Assembly: GCA_963726905.1 (NCBI GenBank)
Contig: CAVSDZ010000016.1
Location: 3,028-67,027 of the forward strand
DNA length: 64,000 nucleotides
From: an uncultured Microthrixaceae bacterium
GTDB taxonomy: Bacteria; Actinomycetota; Acidimicrobiia; Acidimicrobiales; Acidimicrobilacustridaceae
Direction of reading: 5' to 3'
Shown here: piece after piece, positions 57,679-64,000 of the stretch
Layout of the letters: the number at the start of each line of letters is the position of its first letter
Position numbering within the stretch: the first letter of the stretch is position 1
Program-made: the position numbers and the translations under genes
The notes under the pieces: generated by a model
Told to the model about the DNA's origin: nothing
The model's input: only the letters and a program-made list of their open reading frames with translations
Databases searched by the model: none

Positions 57679-58542
57679 ATGCGACGCTTTGCAGTGCTCG
57701 GCCTCCTCTCCGCGGTGACACTGCTGTCGAGCGGGTGCCTCCTGTACCGGCCCGTCCCGGTGACGCCGGGGCCGGGCAACACCGGGGTGCCGGCCGGGAC
57801 GGTGCTGAGCGCCCCGACGGACGGCTTCACCGTCACCACGCCCGGTGCCGTCATCGACTCCCGCGACATCGTCGGGTCGGTCATCATCGACGCCCCGAAC
57901 GTCGTCATCACCCGCAGCCGCTTCACCGGCAACGGCGACGACTACGCCATCCTGGTCGACTCCGGCAACGTCATCATCGAGGACTCCGAGATCCGCGGCG
58001 GCTACCACGTGGCCGGTCTGGCCTTCGACAACTGGACCGCCCGGCGCCTGAACGTCCACGACGTCCCCGCCGACGGGTTCAAGCTGGGCAACAACACCAT
58101 CCTGCAGGACTCGTGGCTGCACGACTTCACCCCGGACCCGCTGGTCCATGCCGACGGGGTCCAGATGCAGTACGGCGTGCAGTACGCCAGCGTCAGCCAC
58201 AACTACATCGATGTCGCCGGGAACTCAGCCATCTTCCTGGCTCCGGACGAGGGCCCCTCGACGAACGGGCCGGTGGCCATCGTCGACAACATCCTCGGCG
58301 GGGGCAACTACACGCTGTACGTGGTCGACGGCAACAACGGCCAGTACGTGGTGGGCAACATCAGCGTCAACGGGAACAAGTTCCTGCGCGACTTCCGTTA
58401 CGGGCCGGTGTCCGTCACCGTGCCGGTGAACTGGTCCAACAACACCTGGATGGACACCGGTGGCGTGATCAGCACCTCCGGCGGCACCTCGGCCAAGCAG
58501 CAGCAGTCACTGCTCCAGGCCGCGCTGGCCTTCTTCCGGTAG
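57679..58542 (+). CDS. Secreted lipoprotein with a right-handed parallel beta-helix-like repeat region
   Basis: This is an intact 287-aa ORF. The signal peptide and lipobox read MRRFAVLGLLSAVTLLSSGC. Short repeats follow, of the type NVVITRSRFTGNG..., NVIIEDSEIRGG..., NTILQDSWLHD..., SVSHNYIDVAGNSAIFL and AIVDNILGGGNYTLYV. Confidence 0.6.
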   Translation: MRRFAVLGLLSAVTLLSSGCLLYRPVPVTPGPGNTGVPAGTVLSAPTDGFTVTTPGAVIDSRDIVGSVIIDAPNVVITRSRFTGNGDDYAILVDSGNVIIEDSEIRGGYHVAGLAFDNWTARRLNVHDVPADGFKLGNNTILQDSWLHDFTPDPLVHADGVQMQYGVQYASVSHNYIDVAGNSAIFLAPDEGPSTNGPVAIVDNILGGGNYTLYVVDGNNGQYVVGNISVNGNKFLRDFRYGPVSVTVPVNWSNNTWMDTGGVISTSGGTSAKQQQSLLQAALAFFR

Positions 58543-58570
58543 GCCCGTCGGACCCCGGAGCCCCGGAGCG

Positions 58571-59981
58571 CTAGCGGGCGCGGTACTGGGCCCGGGCGCC
58601 GGCCGCTTCCTTGTTGAGCCGCTTGGACAGGTGCAGGCCCTCGAGCACGAACTCGACGGCGCTGGCCTGGGCGGCCGCCGAGGCATGGGTGCCCACCAGC
58701 TGCTCCACGGGCTGGCGCAGCGCCGGCATCGACTCGAGCAGGCGCACGTAGTCGGCGGAGACCACGTCGTCACCGGCGCTGACCACGGCATCGGCCGTCG
58801 AAGGCGTCGAGCACGTCGCGCAGGTTCTCGATGGCGAAGTTGTCCTTGAACACGGTGAGCACCGCCGCCCTCAGGAGGTGCTCGACGATCTGCTCGTCGC
58901 GACCTTCCTCCAACGATTCGATCTCCACCTTGCCGGCGGTCGACGAGGCCAGCGCCTCGAGGTCGCTCACTCGGGGGACCACCTCGCTCTCGCCGTGCAG
59001 CAGGGCCCGACGGGTGGCGTTGGCCACCAGGGTCTCGAGGTTGGACACGGTGAGGCGGACCGAGACGCCGGAACGCTGGTTGATGTGAGGGCTCTGGCGG
59101 GCCAGGTGGCTGAGGGTGGCCACGATCTCGGCCATGTAGGTGGGCACCTCGACCTCGACCCCGTCGGCCACCAGCGGGGTCGCCTCCTGGTTGGCGATGT
59201 CGACCTCGATGTCGACGTCGAGCGGGTAGTGCGTCCGGATCTGGGCGCCGAAGCGGTCCTTCAGCGGGGTGATGATGCGGCCCCGGTTCGTGTAGTCCTC
59301 GGGGTTGGCCGAGGCGAACAGCATGAGGTCGAGGGGGAGGCGGATCTTGTAGCCCCGCACCTGCACGTCGCGCTCCTCGAGCACGTTCAGCAGGCCCACC
59401 TGGATTCGCTCGGCCAGATCGGGCAGCTCGTTGATGGCGAAGATGCCGCGGTTGGTGCGCGGCACCAGGCCGTAGTGCAGGGTCAGCTCGTCGGACAGGT
59501 AGCGGCCCTCGGCCACCTTGATGGGGTCCACCTCGCCGATGAGGTCGGCGATCGAGGTGTCGGGAGTGGCCAGCTTCTCGCCGAAGCGGGTGTCGCGGTG
59601 CACCCAGTCGATCGGGGTCTCGTCGCCCTGCTCGGCCACCAGGTCGCGGGCCTGGCGCGACACGGGATCGTACGGGTCGTCGTTGATCTCCGAGCCGGCC
59701 ACGATGGGCATCCACTCGTCGAGCAGGCCGGTGAGCGACCGGATCATCCGGGTCTTGGCCTGGCCCCGCTCGCCCAGGAAGATCACGTCGTGGCCGGCCA
59801 GCAGCGCGTTCTCCAGCTGGGGCAGGACGGTGTCCTCGTAGCCGAGGACGCGGGGGAACAGCACCTCGCCGGCCCGGATGCGGGCGACGGCGTTGCGGCG
59901 GATCTCCTCCTTGACGGGCAGCGAGACCCAGCCGGAGGCGCGGAGTTGGGCGAGCGTGGCGATCGCGGGCTGATCAGACAT
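58571..59981 (-). CDS. AAA+ ATPase of the Mg-chelatase/MoxR-like type (Rv0958-like) (one frameshift near 58790)
   Basis: ORF 58770..59981 gives GHDVIFLGERGQAKTRMIRSL (Walker A), NRGIFAINELPDLAERIQVGLLNVLEE (Walker B region) and LMLFASANPEDYTNRGRIITPLKDRF. The C-terminus continues in ORF 58571..58786. Confidence 0.75.
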
Positions 59982-60048
59982 GGGCCGAGGCTACCGTCGC
60001 CGGCCCGATCACGGTCGGCCCGATCACCGGCCGGTGCCGATGCCCCGA

Positions 60049-62290
60049 TCACCCGAGACGGGCGGAGACCTCGGCCGCGGCCTCGGGCCGGGCGAACAGG
60101 AAGCCCTGCACGCGGTCGCACCCCAGCCGCACCAGCTCGGTCAGCTGGGTCTCGGTCTCGACCCCTTCGGCCGTCACGCTGAGGCCGAGCGAGGAGGCCA
60201 GCACCATGATCGCCTGGACGATGGCGGTGTCGTCGGGGTCGCGGCCGAGGCCGTCGACGAAGGAACGGTCGATCTTGAGCACGTGCACCGGCAAGCGCTT
60301 CAGGTAGCTCAGCGACGAGTACCCGGTGCCGAAATCGTCGATGGCCAACTCCACGCCGAGCCCGCGCAGCTTCTCGAGCACCTCGAGCGAGCTCTCGGCG
60401 TCGGCCATGACGGTGGTCTCGGTGATCTCCAGGCACAGCTGACCCGGATCGATGCCGGTCTCGGCCAGGATCGACATCACCTGCGAAAGCAGGTCGGCCT
60501 GGCCGATCTGGCGGGCCGACAGGTTCACCCTCACCAGCAACGGATGGTCGGGATGCTCGGCCTGCCACGCCACCTGCTGGATGCACGCCTGGCGCAACAC
60601 CCACTCGCCGATGTCGAGGATGAGACCGGTCTCCTCGGCCAGGTCGATGAACTCCGCCGCGCTCAACAGGCCTCGGACGGGGTGTTGCCAACGCACCAGC
60701 GCCTCGGCCCCGACGATGCGCCCCGACGGGATCTCGATCTCGGGCTGGTAGTGCACCACCAGCTCGCCGTTCTCGAGGGCATGGCGCAAGCTCGATCTCG
60801 TCCTGCAGCCGACGCCGGACCTTCAGGCGCAGGGTCTCGTCGAACACCTCGATGCGGTCGCGACCCAGCTCCTTGGCCGCGTACATGGCGGCATCGGCGT
60901 GGCGCAGGAGGTCGTCGGCCGTCTCGGTGGCCCCGCCGGTGAAGGCGATGCCCACACTGGCGGTGGTGGCCACCTCATGACCCTCGACCGACACCGGCCG
61001 GTTCAAGCGCCTCGCCGAGCTCGCGGGCGATGGTCACCGCCTCGGCCGAGCCGGTCAGGCCTTCGACCAGCACCACCAGCTCGTCGCCGCCCATCCGGGC
61101 CAGGACGGCACCGGCGGGGCAGGCCTCGGCGATGCGCTTGGCCAGGGTGATCAACAACATGTCGCCCAGGCCGTGACCGAGGGAGTCGTTGACCACCTTG
61201 AAGCGGTCGAGGTCGAACAGGATCACGGCCAGGCCGCCGCCGTCCGGCGTGGCGCGCCATCCGTCGCAGCGCGCGCGGTGAGGTCGTCGAGGAACGCCCA
61301 CCGGTTGGGGAGCCCCGTGAGGGGGTCGTGGCGAGCCTGGTGGGCCAGGCGCCGCTCGGCCGCCTGGCGGGCCAGGGCCTGCGACAAGATGCCCGCCGCC
61401 GAGCGCAGGGTGATGAGGTGCCCGGCGGCGAACACGAACTCCCGATCGACCGCCTCGAAGCCCATGAACCCGATGACCCGACCCTGGTCGGACAGCGGCA
61501 CGGCGATGGTCGAGCCCACGTTGCGCCGCTCGAACCAGTCCCGGTCGGCCGCCCACTCGGGGCCGAGCCCGGTGGCCGAGGCCACACCCACCTCCTCGTT
61601 GCGGGCGATGGCGGCGAGCAGCTGGGACCCGTTGCCGTTCACCCGGGGGGTCTTGGCTCGCAGCGCCGGGATCGACGGTGCCGCCCACTCGTGGGTGTTG
61701 ACCCACTCGTCGGTCTCCGGATCGTGCAGCACGACCTCCACCCGGTCGACTCCTCCCAGCCCGCTCATCTCCGACAGCGCCTGCTCGACCCCGTCGTCGA
61801 GCGCGTCAGCCGACAGGTTCACGAACGCCGAGGCCAACCGCACCAGTCGCGCCTCGTTGGCCAGGCGACTGCGCAGCTGCTGCTCGACGTCGGTGGAGGC
61901 TCCGATCTCGCGCAGCGTCACCAGGAACGCCCCCAGGGGCGCCACGTCCGGGCCGCTCACCGCGTCCACGCTCACCGCCAGCCATTCGCCGGCCGCCACC
62001 CGCAGCCGGACCGGCGGGACCGCGGTCGTGCCCCGGCGCCCCGACCACTGGGTGATCAGCCTCGACGCCCGCTCCAGGTCATCGGGATGCAGGAACTCGG
62101 CCAGGTGGTGACCGACCACCATCTCCGGGTGGTAGCCGGTGAGCGTGGCCAGGGCGGGGCTGGCGAAGGTGATGACGCCCTCATCGTCGAAGGCCACCAG
62201 CGCCTCGTCGACGAAGACCAGGAACTGTGACAGCTGGGCACGGGTGATCAGGCCTTGCGGCTCGCGCTCCCCGCCCCCCAGCGAAGTCAT
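60049..62290 (-). CDS. PAS-GAF-GGDEF-EAL signalling protein; the GGDEF domain is degenerate (GGDEL, no RxxD I-site) and the EAL domain is intact (3 frame jumps)
   Basis: ORF 61223..62290 gives PAS (FVFVDEALVAFDDEGVITFASPALATLTGYHPEMVVGHHLAEFLHPDD), GAF-like (VNTHEWAAP...IAVPLSDQGRVIGFMGFEAV) and HDPLTGLPNR. ORF 60975..61706 gives [20 protein letters not shown]...ARMGGDELVVLV. ORF 60049..60789 gives the EAL domain ([51 protein letters not shown]). Confidence 0.8.
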
Positions 62291-62313
62291 GCGCTAGCCG
62301 CCCTCGGTCCCGA

Positions 62314-64000
62314 TCACCGTTGCTCGCCACCCATGGGGTACGGCGTCGGCACGTCCCACAGCTCCGGTGCCGGCCGCGGCCGGGCGAACATGAAGCCCTG
62401 GCCGCGGTCACAACCCAGGCGACGCAGCTCGGCCAGCTGACGCTCGGTCTCGACGCCCTCGGCCACCACCCGCAAGCCCAGGGCCCGGCCCAGGCTGATG
62501 ATGGCGGTGACGATGGCGGTGTCCTCGGGGTCGTCGCCCAGCCCGTCCACGAAGGACCGGTCGATCTTCAAGCACGTCGACCGGGAAGCGCTTGAGGTAG
62601 CTCAGCGACGAGTACCCGGTGCCGAAGTCGTCGATGGCCAGCTCCACGCCCAGGGCCCGCAGGTCCTGCAGCACCTTGAGCCCGGCCGCCGGGTCGGCCA
62701 TGAGGGCCGTCTCGGTGATCTCCAGGCACAGGCTCGACGAGTCGATGCCGCCCTTGGCCAGGGCCGCCACCACCAGGTCGACCAGGTCGGGTTGGGCGAT
62801 CTGGCGGGCCGACAGGTTGACCCGGATCATGAGCTTGAAGTCGGGGCGTTCACGGTGCCACTCGCCGGCCTGGCGGCAGGCCTCGTCGAGCACCCAGGCT
62901 GCCCAGGTCCAAGATGAGCCCCGAGTCCTCGGCCAGCTCGATGAAGGCGCCCGCCTCGAGCAGCCCGTCCACGGGATGGTGCCAGCGGGCCAGCGCCTCG
63001 GCCCCCACCATCATGCCGGTGTCGAGCGAGAGCTCGGGCTGGTAGTAGACCTCGATCTCGCCCATGTCGAGGGCCCGGCGCAGGTAGGTCTCGGTGCGGA
63101 GCCGCTCGGTGGCCTGCGTGCGCAGCTCCTCGTCGAAGATCTCGAAGCGGTCACGGCCCCGCGCCTTGGCCAGGTACATGGCGGCGTCGGCGTCGCGCAG
63201 GAGGCCGTCGGCGGTGTCCTCCTCGGTGGTGGTGATGGCGATGCCGATGCTCACCGTGGTGAAGACCTCGTTGCCGTCCACCACCACCGGCTCCTTCAGC
63301 GCGCCGTGGATGCGCCGGGCCAGCTGCACCGGCTCGTGGGCGTCCTCCAGGCCCTCGATGAGCACCACGAACTCGTCGCCGCCGAGGCGGGCCACGACGT
63401 CGGTGGGGCGCAGCGCGGCGAGCAGGCGGTCGGCGATGGCGTACAGCAGCTGGTCGCCGGCGGTGTGGCCCAGCGAGTCGTTCACCACCTTGAACCGGTC
63501 GAGGTCCAGGAACAGCAGGGCCACCGTGCCCGCCGGGCGGTCGCGCCGGGCCAGGATGCGGGCCAGCTGGTCGAGCAGCAGGGCCCGGTTGGCCAGGCCG
63601 GTGAGCGGGTCGTGCAGCGCCTGGTGGGCCAGCTCGGCCTCGGTGCGCTTCAGGGCGGTGATGTCGGTGGTCATGACCAGCACGTGCTGCACGACACCGT
63701 TCTCGAACTCGGGCACGGCGCGGGACTGGTACCACTGGGTCTGGCCGTCGCCCAGGATCTCCCACTCGGTGTCGAGCCGGTAGCCCGACTCGAAGACCTG
63801 GCGTACCGAGCGCTCCCAGCGCACGTCGTTCTCCAGGCCGAAGACCTCGGTGGTCTGGCCCAGGATCCCGCCGATGCGGACGTTGGTGGCCTGCTCCAGC
63901 ATCGGGCTGGCGTAGACCAGGTGGAGATCGCGGTCGAAGCGGGTCACCAGGGCCGGCGAGTTCTCCACCAGGGTCCGGTAGCGCTCCTCGCTCGACTGCA
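62314..64000 (-). CDS. PAS-GGDEF-EAL signalling protein with canonical GGDEF + RxxD I-site and an intact EAL domain; the 5' end lies beyond the window (2 frame jumps)
   Basis: ORF 62850..63968 gives PAS ([36 protein letters not shown]), [10 protein letters not shown] and [20 protein letters not shown]. The EAL domain ([52 protein letters not shown]) is spread over ORFs 62408..62893 and 62314..62571. The reading frame stays open upstream of 63968 to the window edge. Confidence 0.8.

Overview
High-GC Actinomycetota chromosome segment. The phylum call rests on two WhiB-family regulators, a UPF0182 membrane protein, senX3-regX3 and an initiator tRNA. I resolve about 60 protein genes and 1 tRNA. 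No rRNA, CRISPR array or intact IS element is visible. The right two thirds (18-64 kb) are conserved housekeeping genes. They include UPF0182, a DivIVA-domain protein, a PDZ/Lon-S16 protease, mreB and moaE. They also include two HtrA paralogs (one catalytically dead) and a DUF2342 metalloprotease. A contiguous phosphate block runs ppk1-CYTH-NUDIX | pstSCAB-phoU-senX3-regX3, with a PHO-box-like triple repeat upstream of pstS. Further right are tatA, two whiB genes, an Rv0958/Rv0959-like AAA+/vWA pair split by a 6.4-kb opposite-strand metabolic block, and two tandem PAS-GGDEF-EAL genes. The left third (about 0.8-18 kb) looks accessory and ends at tRNA-fMet (17987-18063), next to a serine-recombinase remnant. 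Its core (4.7-13.3 kb) is the most interesting part. Two paralogous TIR-TM-Cys-rich-ectodomain genes flank a TrkA-N/RyR channel-like gene, two tandem double-module SLATT (2TM) genes and a divergently transcribed stand-alone SLOG (LSDAT-type) gene. I read this as a candidate NAD-derived-nucleotide signalling (Thoeris-like) conflict system of a composition I have not seen described. MAJOR CAVEAT: in most genes the recognisable homology jumps between reading frames, on the order of 80 jumps by hand count. This means either an indel-rich assembly or massive pseudogenisation. Gene coordinates are therefore homology-guided spans that stitch several ORF-track fragments, and all domain calls come from motif recognition by eye, not searches.
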